From positions 1 to 48,698 of the forward strand of contig JANNWU010000497.1 of the NCBI GenBank assembly GCA_031408755.1: a stretch of 48,698 nucleotides of DNA, read 5' to 3'. The notes beneath the pieces are model-generated. The model was given only the letters and a program-made list of their open reading frames with translations. It searched no databases and had not been told where the DNA came from. The stretch comes from Gemmatimonadaceae bacterium. GTDB taxonomy: Bacteria > Gemmatimonadota > Gemmatimonadetes > Gemmatimonadales > Gemmatimonadaceae. The translations under genes were made by a program, and so were the position numbers. This document shows positions 27,998-38,450 of this stretch, one piece after another. The first letter of the stretch is position 1. Each line of letters begins with the position of its first letter.

Positions 27998-28894
27998 ATG
28001 ATTGGACGTGCACTACTTACAGGAATACTGACCGCCGCTGCGACTGCGATGCATCTCGCCGCGCCGAAGAGTGCGCACGCATCCGTCACTGATGCATCGA
28101 ACGTTGGCGCGCTGGCTTTGCACGATTCGCTACTCGGGCGCAGCGGCAAACTTCGCGCGCGCTTTCTCCCTCGCTTTCAGGCACAAGAGTTGGAGCGTGC
28201 GCTCGGCGCAATGCGTTTGGCTGTGCAGCCGACGGGGCTCCTGACGCGAATTGCGGCGTTGCAAGTGATCCAAACCATCCCATTTGAGTTCAAGGTCGAT
28301 GGCTGGATGGGCATGTATCGCATGGGATATTGGCCCGGCGAGCTCAGACCATCGCGCACTGCATCCTACGACACGCCGCGCGGATTCATTGAAGTCACGG
28401 AAGCAAATCGTGACATGCAAGTATCTGAACATTTTCGCCTGAAAGACTTCGTCACCAAAGACCAGTTCACCGTCTGGCCCAAGTACGTCGTGCTGCGTGA
28501 ATCACTGATTGACAAACTGGAATTGGTGATCGACGAGTTGCAGCTGATGGGGTATCCGGTCCAACGCTTGCAGGTGATGAGTGGCTTCAGGCATCCATTT
28601 TACAATGCGCAGGGTGTCGGTACCGGTGGACGAGCACGTGAGAGCAGGCACCAGTACGGTGATGCATCGGACGTGTTTGCAGACAACGATGGCGATGGCA
28701 TGATGGACGACCTCGACGGCGACGGTCGCATCACAACCTTGGACTCAGACCTGATTGTGCTGGCTGTTGAACGGGTGGAGATCGCGCATCCGGAGTTGAC
28801 TGGCGGCATGGGTCGTTATCATGCAACACATGCACACGGACCCTTTGTCCACGTCGACGTCCGAGGAACGCCAGCCCGCTGGGGCGGCGCCTAA
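27998..28894 (+). CDS. DUF882 / peptidase M15A family (MepK-like murein endopeptidase), exported, paralog 1
   Basis: GGGAG RBS 7 nt upstream and a signal peptide. Motifs SGFRHP...SRHQYGDASD...GGMGRY...FVHVDVRG (SxxR, HxxGxAxD and HxD zinc motifs of the family). Confidence 0.8.
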   Translation: MIGRALLTGILTAAATAMHLAAPKSAHASVTDASNVGALALHDSLLGRSGKLRARFLPRFQAQELERALGAMRLAVQPTGLLTRIAALQVIQTIPFEFKVDGWMGMYRMGYWPGELRPSRTASYDTPRGFIEVTEANRDMQVSEHFRLKDFVTKDQFTVWPKYVVLRESLIDKLELVIDELQLMGYPVQRLQVMSGFRHPFYNAQGVGTGGRARESRHQYGDASDVFADNDGDGMMDDLDGDGRITTLDSDLIVLAVERVEIAHPELTGGMGRYHATHAHGPFVHVDVRGTPARWGGA

Positions 28895-30527
28895 TCCTAC
28901 GCCGATTGGCTTGATTGGATTGGCGCACGCCGATCCGACCGTCTTCACCGATTTGCGGCCGCGCACCGCGCCGCCCAATCAGTGGCGTTTCGCCAAGTAT
29001 GCGGCTGTCGGAGTTGTGACGCTTGGCGCCGCGTTTGGCGTCCACCGGATAAGCACTCCAGAAGGTCTCGATGCGGCTGAAGCGCCAGAGCCGACCATCG
29101 TCGCCAGCGCCGACGCAGCTTCGGGGCGAGCCGTCGAGCAGTCTGACGGAAGTTCATTGCGACCGCCTTCGCGTGCCATTATCCCAGGAGCATTCGGACA
29201 CAGTGGCGCCGTGCGCGTTCGCGTTGTGCTCCCCGGCGAATTAGTCGCGCTCCCGCTGGAATTTGGAAGCGTGACGACCGGAATGCAGTCGCAGTGGATT
29301 GCATTCGACGGTAAGCCAAATGAGCCAGTCGTTATGTGGCCGGAAAATGGAAAATTGTTAGCTCCTGCGCGCGCGGGCGCTTTCTGGTTGGTGTTGTCGC
29401 GCGGTTCGATCGCCGACACCGTTGCAGATATCGCGGTGCTCGTTGAACGGCCAATGCCCAACGCCTCGGCTACCGGTATCAACGGCTATCACCTTGGTCG
29501 CTGGCCAAAATCTGCCGAGGGTGATCCGCCGCGTGGATTTATCGAAGTAACAGAACGAATTCACGATTTTGCGCTGTCGCCACATCTGCGATTGAGCGAT
29601 TTCGTGGTGCACGATCAGCAGAGCGGATTTCCAAAGTATTTGCATGTACGCGAGCCGCTGCTCGACAAGATTGAGCTGGTGGTTGCGGAAGTCGCACAGA
29701 TGCGCGGCACCAACCCAGCGCTGGTAAAACTCAATGTCGTGAGCGGATTTCGCAGTCCGTCGCACAACGGTGGACTCTCCGGTTCTGCAAGCGACAGTCG
29801 TCATATGTATGGCGATGCAGCAGACATTGGCATTGATGCGAATAATGATGGACGCTTGAGCGAAATCGATGCTCGACTGGTTGCAGCCGCAGCGGAAATT
29901 GTCGAACGTAAGCACCCTGAATTAGTAGGTGGTATCGGTTTGTACTACAACAACAGCGGTGGTGGCTGGCCGTATGTGCACATCGATGTGCGCGGTACGC
30001 GTGCACGGTGGCGTTCGAGTTCGCGCAAGAATGGCGCGGTTGATTCGTTGCCCGCGGGTGCGTCGTTCGATTCAACGTCGAGTGTCAGCAGCGTACCGTC
30101 GTCGGTGACCGATTCGCCGAGTGTCGCACCGGCTGTTGCACTACCGGCGGGATCGCTGCCGGCCAGTGCATCGTCGGCGATCACTGCGCCACCAGCGAGC
30201 GTGTCGCCTGTCGCGCCAACTGAGACGGCGCCTTCTCCATCGTCGTCGCCCAATTCGCGTGCGTCCGCTGCGCCCTCTTCATCGTCAACGCCCACGTCGC
30301 GAGCGGCAACTGCTAAGCGCACGGAGCGTCGCGCGGTGGTTTCGCCGACTCGCCGAGTCACGCCAACAAAGCGGTCAACCACGCAGCGCGGGTCCGGAGC
30401 GTCGGTGCTCGTGATGCCTTCGGGTTCGACCACAACGCGTCCGACCGCAGTGCCCATCACGCCGCCGCGCCCAACGGACGATCCGTTTTCCGACGCTGCA
30501 AGAAAATTCCGGACTGCCAGACCCTGA
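28821..30527 (+). CDS. DUF882 / peptidase M15A family, membrane-anchored, paralog 2 with an about 170-aa Ser/Pro/Thr/Ala-rich C-terminal tail
   Basis: TM helix YAAVGVVTLGAAFGV, then SGFRSP...SRHMYGDAAD...GGIGLY...YVHIDVRG. Start is uncertain: ATG 28821/28830 overlaps paralog 1 by up to 74 nt, while TTG 28911 or 28920 would remove the overlap. Confidence 0.7.
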   Translation: MQHMHTDPLSTSTSEERQPAGAAPNPTPIGLIGLAHADPTVFTDLRPRTAPPNQWRFAKYAAVGVVTLGAAFGVHRISTPEGLDAAEAPEPTIVASADAASGRAVEQSDGSSLRPPSRAIIPGAFGHSGAVRVRVVLPGELVALPLEFGSVTTGMQSQWIAFDGKPNEPVVMWPENGKLLAPARAGAFWLVLSRGSIADTVADIAVLVERPMPNASATGINGYHLGRWPKSAEGDPPRGFIEVTERIHDFALSPHLRLSDFVVHDQQSGFPKYLHVREPLLDKIELVVAEVAQMRGTNPALVKLNVVSGFRSPSHNGGLSGSASDSRHMYGDAADIGIDANNDGRLSEIDARLVAAAAEIVERKHPELVGGIGLYYNNSGGGWPYVHIDVRGTRARWRSSSRKNGAVDSLPAGASFDSTSSVSSVPSSVTDSPSVAPAVALPAGSLPASASSAITAPPASVSPVAPTETAPSPSSSPNSRASAAPSSSSTPTSRAATAKRTERRAVVSPTRRVTPTKRSTTQRGSGASVLVMPSGSTTTRPTAVPITPPRPTDDPFSDAARKFRTARP

Positions 30528-30589
30528 ACGCGCACGGCGCCGCGGGGTAGCATTGCAGTTCGATCGCTTCTCTCCGTTCATTCTCGATC

Positions 30590-30994
30590 ATGCCGCTTAG
30601 TCCATATCTGCGTGACCGTCTGACCGCGAAATTCGACACCATGTCGGACGAACGCGCGTTTCAGATCATCGACTACATCGAATTTTTAGAGTCGAAGTAC
30701 AGTCGGAACGAGGCGCCCACCGGTGCCGCCGGCCTCTTGTTCAAGCTGCAAGAGACGGTGGAAGACGGTTTGCGCGCTGGAAAGGTCTCTGCCTCCAGCG
30801 TGGCCGAGACGCTTGGCTTCATGCAGAAGGCTGTCGGCGTGTTGAGCGGCGTCGCGGCCGCAGGGCAAAGCGTGGCGAACGATCTCGCCGGCGCCGCTAC
30901 CAGGGCAGCCAAGAGCGTAACCAACGCCGGAACGCCTACTCCTGGGGAGCCAACGCAGCCCGGTTCTGGCGCCGGCGAAGGGCCTGCCAAGTGA
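30590..30994 (+). CDS. Hypothetical small protein (helical N-terminal region, Gly/Ala/Pro-rich C-terminal region)
   Basis: 134-aa ORF containing ...ERAFQIIDYIEFLESKY... Its stop overlaps the GTG of the next gene. Start could instead be M18 (30641). Confidence 0.45.
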   Translation: MPLSPYLRDRLTAKFDTMSDERAFQIIDYIEFLESKYSRNEAPTGAAGLLFKLQETVEDGLRAGKVSASSVAETLGFMQKAVGVLSGVAAAGQSVANDLAGAATRAAKSVTNAGTPTPGEPTQPGSGAGEGPAK

Positions 30995-31506
30995 AGGACC
31001 GTCGAGCTGAGGCAGACCGTCGCCTGGGAATCACCGGCGTCGGAGCGGCGCGCCCATCAGCGAACGAGGCGGACGATCGCGAAGAGTGGGCAGCTCCGGA
31101 CGGCGACCGGCCTGAGGGCGCGCCGCGAACGGGAGCGCGTCGGACTGTGACCGCGGCGATTACTGAGCTTCCGCATTACGTACGGCTGCTCTGGGGGCTG
31201 GCGCGCGACTCGCGGGTGGCCATCGTCGACAAGCTGCTGGTGGTCGCGGCGGCCGTGTACATCGTCAGTCCAATCGACATCATCCCCGACTTCATCCCGT
31301 TCTTGGGCCAAGTGGATGATCTGTATTTGCTGTTGCTCGCGCTGCAACGGATGGTGAGCCGCGCGGGTCGGAGTGTGCTCAAGGATCATTGGCGCGGCGA
31401 TCCAGCAGGGATCAGCGACTTGAACCTCGCGGGGACGCTGGCAGCAGCTGCGTTTTTCCTGCCACCCAGTATTCGTCGTCGATTGAAGAAGGCGCTGCGC
31501 GGTTGA
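30991..31506 (+). CDS. DUF1232 (YkvA-like) membrane protein
   Basis: ...LLVVAAAVYIVSPIDIIPDFIPFLGQVDDLYLL... is the family signature. GTGA overlap with the upstream ORF. Confidence 0.75.
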   Translation: MKDRRAEADRRLGITGVGAARPSANEADDREEWAAPDGDRPEGAPRTGARRTVTAAITELPHYVRLLWGLARDSRVAIVDKLLVVAAAVYIVSPIDIIPDFIPFLGQVDDLYLLLLALQRMVSRAGRSVLKDHWRGDPAGISDLNLAGTLAAAAFFLPPSIRRRLKKALRG

Positions 31507-31528
31507 AGTCGTCGCACAAAGGGCGTAG

Positions 31529-33163
<1,635 letters not shown>

Positions 33164-33185
33164 CGAAGGGTTAGGGAAAGCGTAC

Positions 33186-33228
33186 GGGCGCGTGTCCCCC
33201 GAGATGGGCCACGCGCTTATCTGGTTTT
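33186..33228 (+). terminator. Probable intrinsic terminator after guaB
   Basis: Imperfect hairpin GGGCGCGTG-T-CCC-ccgagat-GGG-C-CACGCGC followed by TTATCTGGTTTT. Confidence 0.45.
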
Positions 33229-33349
33229 AGCTGGGAATGCAGCTAAACACTGAATGTGATTGACTTTCCGGTTGCGGCTAGACGAGTTTGCTGTGTTCGT
33301 GCCGGAGCAGGAAGCCGGTTACTCCAATTCTTTCAGCGTAGCGGTGCCC

Positions 33350-34924
33350 ATGGGAATCTGGTCCAAGAAGAGCATTCTTGCTCTGCAGGCCGAGGCAAGC
33401 AGCGACAAGGACGGCCTCAAGCGCACGCTGGGCGCACTCAATTTGACGATGCTCGGCATTGGCGCAATCATCGGCGCCGGCATCTTTGTGCTCACAGGTA
33501 CGGCGGCGGCTGAACACGCTGGACCAGCCGTATCGCTTTCCTTTGTGCTCGCAGGCATTGCCTGCCTTTTCGCCGGGCTCTGCTACGCTGAGTTCGCAAG
33601 CATGATTCCGATCGCCGGTTCCGCGTACACCTACAGCTACGCGACCATGGGTGAAGCGGTCGCATGGTTTATCGGCTGGAATCTGGTGCTCGAGTATCTG
33701 TTCGCTGCGTCGACGGTTGCTGTGGGTTGGTCTGGTTATCTGAGCGCGCTGCTGGACGATTTTGGCGTCCACATTCCAGCGGCATTCAGTTCGGCGCCGC
33801 TGACTGTGATTGGTGGCAAACTGCAGCAGGCGTTCTCGTGCATCGACCCGTCATCTGGCGGTGCGCTGATGAACACCGTCACAAATTCGGCGTTTGTTGA
33901 TCGCGCCGCCTGCACCGCTGCTGGTGGCAGTGTGACGAACGGCCTGCTCAATCTCCCGGCTGTGTTGCTGATTCTTGCACTGACGCTGCTGCTGATTCGT
34001 GGCGTACAAGAATCGGCGACGCTGAACAACATTGTCGTCGCGATCAAGATGACGATCGTGCTGCTGGTAATCGGGTTTGGCTTCATGTACGTGAACAAGG
34101 AGAACTGGACGCCGTTCATTCCACCCGAGACGCCGGATGGCAAGTACGGCATGAGCGGTGTGCTGCGCGGCGCGACCGTGGTGTTCTTCTCGTACATTGG
34201 TTTCGATGCAGTATCGACAGCTGCACAAGAGTCGAAGAATCCGCAGCGCGATCTGCCTATCGGCATGATCGCTTCACTGTTGATTTGCACCGTGCTCTAC
34301 ATCCTGATGTCGCTGGTGATGACCGGTCTTGCGCCTTACCAGAGTTTGGCGGTTCCGCATCCGGTGTCCGCCGCGATGTCGGCAGTGCCGCAGCTCGCGT
34401 GGTTGGAAAAGCTGGTGAACGTTGGCGCAGTGGCTGGTTTGTCCAGCGTCGTCCTGGTGATGTTGATGGGTCAGCCGCGCATCTTCTTCACGATGTCGCG
34501 TGATGGCCTGCTTCCGAAGATCTTCGGGCGTGTGCATCCGAAGTATCGGACACCGTCGGCGAGCTCGTGGATCGTTGGTATCATCGCAATGTTCATTGCT
34601 GGCTTCTTCCCGATTGCGCTCCTTGGCGAGTTGGTGTCAGGCGGCACACTTGCTGCGTTCTGCACTGTTTGCATCGGTGTGCTCGTGCTGCGGTCGCGGT
34701 CACCAGAGCTCCCGCGGCCATTCCGTACGCCATGGGTGCCGTTTGTGCCGGTGATGGGTGCACTCTCTACGTTGTTCATGTTATCGCGCCTGCCGTGGCT
34801 CACGTGGAAGCTTCTTATCGTGTGGACGGCAATCGGCATGTCTGTGTACTTCTTGTACGGGATGCGCAACTCGACCATCGGTAAGCGGGAATCCGGCGGC
34901 GCGTCTGCTTCTTCTGGCGACTGA
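33350..34924 (+). CDS. APC-superfamily amino-acid permease (cationic amino-acid transporter-like)
   Basis: ...LKRTLGALNLTMLGIGAIIGAGIFVLTG... and about 12-14 TM helices. Start at ATG 33350 (M31 of the track ORF). Confidence 0.88.
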   Translation: MGIWSKKSILALQAEASSDKDGLKRTLGALNLTMLGIGAIIGAGIFVLTGTAAAEHAGPAVSLSFVLAGIACLFAGLCYAEFASMIPIAGSAYTYSYATMGEAVAWFIGWNLVLEYLFAASTVAVGWSGYLSALLDDFGVHIPAAFSSAPLTVIGGKLQQAFSCIDPSSGGALMNTVTNSAFVDRAACTAAGGSVTNGLLNLPAVLLILALTLLLIRGVQESATLNNIVVAIKMTIVLLVIGFGFMYVNKENWTPFIPPETPDGKYGMSGVLRGATVVFFSYIGFDAVSTAAQESKNPQRDLPIGMIASLLICTVLYILMSLVMTGLAPYQSLAVPHPVSAAMSAVPQLAWLEKLVNVGAVAGLSSVVLVMLMGQPRIFFTMSRDGLLPKIFGRVHPKYRTPSASSWIVGIIAMFIAGFFPIALLGELVSGGTLAAFCTVCIGVLVLRSRSPELPRPFRTPWVPFVPVMGALSTLFMLSRLPWLTWKLLIVWTAIGMSVYFLYGMRNSTIGKRESGGASASSGD

Positions 34925-34946
34925 TTCGCCACCGTTTCTTCACGTC

Positions 34947-34982
34947 GAACGGCGCCCGCTCCCTCGGGCGCCGTTCTATTTT
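34947..34982 (+). terminator. Rho-independent terminator after the permease
   Basis: GAACGGCGCCCG-ctccct-CGGGCGCCGTTC, a perfect 12-bp stem, followed by TATTTT. Confidence 0.7.
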
Positions 34983-34990
34983 CCTCTGAG

Positions 34991-36064
34991 ATGACGAATC
35001 TCCTTGCTGTTCCCGCGGATCGCGCGGACTCGATCCGGACACTCGACGCGCACTTGCGTCCCGGCATGACGCTCGCGCTCTCGACACACGTCAATAGCGA
35101 CGGTGACGGCTGTGGTTCTGAAGCCGCGCTGTCGCGTATGCTTGCGCATCGCGGCATTCAGTGTCGCATTGTGAATCCCACGCCGTGGCCTACAATGTTC
35201 CGCTTTCTGTTGGGCGGACCGGTGCAGGATTACAGCGAACACGGCGCCGCCGCGCTCAAAGATCCTGCAGTGACTGGGCTGATGGTTGTCGACATCAGTG
35301 ACGTGAAACGGCTTGGCAATTTGGCCGACACTGTGCGTGAGTTAACGGTGCCGCGTTTTTGTATCGATCATCACATTCCGAGCGATGAGCCGCCCGCACC
35401 AATCATCGTCGCCGATACGCGTGCGTCAGCAACGGGCGAGTTAGTGTACGATGTGGCGCAGGTGCTGCATCTGCCAATTGATATTGAAACGGCAACGGCA
35501 CTCTACATCGCAATTCTCACTGACACGGGCGGCTTTCGCTTCAGCAACACCACACCGCGCGTGCATGCCATCGCGGCCGAATTGTTGTCGCACGGTGTCG
35601 ATCCCGAATTGATGTATCGTCGCGTGTACGCATCGCAGAGTCCGGGACGTGTACGACTCTTGGCGGAAGCGTTGCAGTCGCTGGGTGTTGACGAAGCGAT
35701 TGGACTCAGTTGGTTATCGCTCGGAGCCGGTGCGAAAGAGCGCTACCACGTGACCAGTGAAGAGATGGATGGCATTGTGGAGCATCCGCGTTCAATTGCA
35801 GGTACACGATTGGCTGTGTTTTTCCGTGATCTGGGACATGGGAAGGTGAAAATCAGCTTCCGCAGTTCTGGTAACGTGGATGTGAACGCATTGGCGAAAC
35901 AGTTTGATGGCGGCGGGCATGTAAAGGCCAGCGGCGCGCTTGTGCCTGGCTCATTACGTGACGTCGAAACTCGCGTGCTTGATGCCGCTCGCGCGATGCT
36001 GGCATCGATCCCGAAAGATGGTTCGCTACCCACGCCGTTGGCGAGCGGCGTTGTGATGGAGTGA
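34991..36064 (+). CDS. nrnA: DHH/DHHA1 phosphoesterase (NrnA-like oligoribonuclease / pAp phosphatase)
   Basis: ...STHVNSDGDGCGS..., CIDHHIPSD (DHH), and ...FDGGGHVKASG (DHHA1 GGGH). Confidence 0.85.
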   Translation: MTNLLAVPADRADSIRTLDAHLRPGMTLALSTHVNSDGDGCGSEAALSRMLAHRGIQCRIVNPTPWPTMFRFLLGGPVQDYSEHGAAALKDPAVTGLMVVDISDVKRLGNLADTVRELTVPRFCIDHHIPSDEPPAPIIVADTRASATGELVYDVAQVLHLPIDIETATALYIAILTDTGGFRFSNTTPRVHAIAAELLSHGVDPELMYRRVYASQSPGRVRLLAEALQSLGVDEAIGLSWLSLGAGAKERYHVTSEEMDGIVEHPRSIAGTRLAVFFRDLGHGKVKISFRSSGNVDVNALAKQFDGGGHVKASGALVPGSLRDVETRVLDAARAMLASIPKDGSLPTPLASGVVME

Positions 36065-36075
36065 GGCAAGCGTAG

Positions 36076-37809
36076 ATGACGGAATTCGCGGCCGCGCTGC
36101 TGTTAGCGTTGATCGCGCTTGGCGGTGCGGCGTACTGCGCCTGGCTGTTCTCGCGATTTCGGAAACCGTATTACGCATGGTGGTCTGCGAGCTGGTTGCT
36201 GTACGCGGTGCGGGTTGGTGTCATCATCGGTTTTCTTCGCACTGGCGATAGTGGCTGGTTGTTCTGGCATCAGGTGCTCACGGGATGGTCGGCGCTGGGG
36301 TTTTTGGCCGCCGGCATAAGTTTTTCGCGCGGACTGCGCTGGCATCCGTCACTGGCACTGGTCGCGCTCTTTCCAGTGGTGTGGAGTTACATCGCGATCT
36401 TCGCGTTGGAGAATTTTCTCCTCGCGGTCGTGCCAGCAATCGTATTCCTGAGCGCCGTCACCCTCGGCACCGGCATCAGCTTCGCGCGTCACGCACGCCG
36501 CACAGGATCGCCTGGAGCGTACGCGCTGGCCGTTGCGTTCACGTTGTGGGCGCTGCACCATCTGGATTATCCGTTGCTGCGTGCACGGGGCGCGTGGGTG
36601 CCGTGGGGCTACTATCTCGACATTCTGTTCATCCTTTCTGTGGTTGGCGGCATCGCGCTCTTGGTGATCGACGATCTCCGGCGCGGTCTTGAAGCAATGA
36701 CGCGTCTCTCTGCCGACGTGCAGGCCAGCGCGCGCGGTGACGCTGTGGTCGCCACGTTGCTTGAGCGCCCGCTGCGAGTGCGCGGCGTGAGCGGAACGGC
36801 GCTGTACGACGTAACACGACTGCAGGTTGTGGATGGCGCAGGAAAGGCGCATGACTGGCGCGGTGTGGCGCTGCCGGCAGATCTGGCGCCAATTGTCGAA
36901 CAGGCGGTACGCGGCGGTCGTAGCGCCAGCGCGGCGCTCTCCAATCGACCTGGCGGTGAACGGTTCGTGGCTGCATTGCCAATTTATCGTGACGGACTTG
37001 TCACGCACGCGTTGGTGCTCATCGGCGACGTGCGCGATCCGTTCAGCGCGCTCGACGAGGATTTCCTGCGCGCATTAGGCCGACAGGTCGGCTCCGCGTT
37101 GCAGCAAGCCGAGTTGACGTCGCAGCTGGAGGAGCGCACCGATGAGCTGGCGCGACTGTCAACGCGGCTGGTCGAGCAGCACGAGGACGAGCGCAAACGG
37201 CTCGCGCGCGAGTTGCACGACGAAACGGGGCAGCTTTTCAGTGCGATGCGAATGGAAGTAGGCGCATTAAACGATGTGCCCGGCGCGGCCGACGTTGCAG
37301 CGCGCATGGATGGCTTGGTCACGGCCGGACTGTCGAGCCTGCGGCGTGTCACGGCTGCGTTGCGCCCGTCGCTGCTCGATGATCTGGGACTGCTGAGTGC
37401 GATTCGGTCGTTAGTTGCGCAAGTTGCACGTGAAGGCTTGGTGCAGGCCACGCTGCATGCACCCGATACTTTAGATGCAATGCCAAGAGAGCGTGAGTTA
37501 GCGTTGTTTCGCGCAGCGCAGGAGGGCATCACAAATGTGTTGCGTCACGCAAAAGGGTCGCAGTTGTTGGTGACACTTCGCATCAGAGATGAGCATATCA
37601 TCTTGACTGTTGACGATGACGGTGTTGGCCCACCGACAAAGACGGTGTTGGTCGAACAAGAACGGTTGGGTCATGTCGGCCTGTTGGGAATGCGTGAGCG
37701 GTTCAGCGCGTTAGGCGGACATGTGGCACTGGACCGATCGACATTGGGTGGCGCGCGATTGGAAGTGTCACTGGCTGTGCACAGGACCGCTTCTGGAATG
37801 ATTGAATGA
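36076..37809 (+). CDS. Sensor histidine kinase, HisKA_3 (NarX/DegS-type) with a polytopic (about 6-7 TM) N-terminal domain and a central GAF-like region
   Basis: H-box EDERKRLARELHDETGQ; ATPase region ...EGITNVLRHA...VDDDGVG...GLLGMRER... The N-terminal 200 aa are almost entirely hydrophobic helices. Confidence 0.85.
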   Translation: MTEFAAALLLALIALGGAAYCAWLFSRFRKPYYAWWSASWLLYAVRVGVIIGFLRTGDSGWLFWHQVLTGWSALGFLAAGISFSRGLRWHPSLALVALFPVVWSYIAIFALENFLLAVVPAIVFLSAVTLGTGISFARHARRTGSPGAYALAVAFTLWALHHLDYPLLRARGAWVPWGYYLDILFILSVVGGIALLVIDDLRRGLEAMTRLSADVQASARGDAVVATLLERPLRVRGVSGTALYDVTRLQVVDGAGKAHDWRGVALPADLAPIVEQAVRGGRSASAALSNRPGGERFVAALPIYRDGLVTHALVLIGDVRDPFSALDEDFLRALGRQVGSALQQAELTSQLEERTDELARLSTRLVEQHEDERKRLARELHDETGQLFSAMRMEVGALNDVPGAADVAARMDGLVTAGLSSLRRVTAALRPSLLDDLGLLSAIRSLVAQVAREGLVQATLHAPDTLDAMPRERELALFRAAQEGITNVLRHAKGSQLLVTLRIRDEHIILTVDDDGVGPPTKTVLVEQERLGHVGLLGMRERFSALGGHVALDRSTLGGARLEVSLAVHRTASGMIE

Positions 37810-38450
37810 GTCTGACCCCAACGCTACGCGTGCTGGTTGTTGACGATCATCCGATTGTTCGCGAAGGCGTGCGCCGCATTCTGGAATCGGCGTCGGATTT
37901 GCAGGTGGTTGGTGAAGCCAGTGATGCTGCGACGGCGATTGCTTTGGCGGCGCGCTTGTTGCCAGACGTTGCCGTGGTTGATGTCGGTTTGCCCGATATG
38001 TCTGGCTTGGAGCTCGTGCGCATTCTGAAAGCGCAGCGTACCAGCCTTACCGTCGTGATGCTCAGCATGTATGACGATGCAGAGTATGCGCGCGAAAGCC
38101 GAGCCGCTGGAGCAAGCGCATATGTCGTAAAGGACAGTGCGGCCACAATGCTTGTCACGCAGCTTCGTTTGGCCGTTGGTGCACAGCTCCCGCGTGTTGA
38201 GACTGATGATGTTGTTGGCCCAACGCCGTGGGAGCGCATCGCGCAACTCACGCCGCGCGAGTGCGATGTGCTGCGCGGTATTGCGTCTGGATCCACAAAC
38301 AAGGCCATTGCTGGTGCGCTTGGCATCAGTCCGCGCACCGTCGAAACGCATCGTGAGCGATTGATGCGGAAGCTCGGCGTAAGCACCGTCGCGGGGCTGA
38401 CGGCGTTGGCATTGGAAACCGGCATGCTTGCGACGCCGGAGCGGAACTAA
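37806..38450 (+). CDS. Response regulator, NarL/LuxR family (REC + HTH_LuxR)
   Basis: RVLVVDDHPIVREGV...DVAVVDVGLPDMSG... and LTPRECDVLRGIASGSTNKAIAGALGISPRTVETHRERLMRKLG. ATGA overlap with the kinase. Confidence 0.9.
   Translation: MSLTPTLRVLVVDDHPIVREGVRRILESASDLQVVGEASDAATAIALAARLLPDVAVVDVGLPDMSGLELVRILKAQRTSLTVVMLSMYDDAEYARESRAAGASAYVVKDSAATMLVTQLRLAVGAQLPRVETDDVVGPTPWERIAQLTPRECDVLRGIASGSTNKAIAGALGISPRTVETHRERLMRKLGVSTVAGLTALALETGMLATPERN

Noticed and set aside
28821-28894. The 74-nt overlap between the two M15A genes as a programmed frameshift or fusion
   Set aside because: Paralog 1 already ends with its complete catalytic domain and a normal stop. There is no slippery heptamer that I can see. 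In-frame TTG codons at 28911/28920 offer a non-overlapping start. Start-site ambiguity is the simpler explanation.
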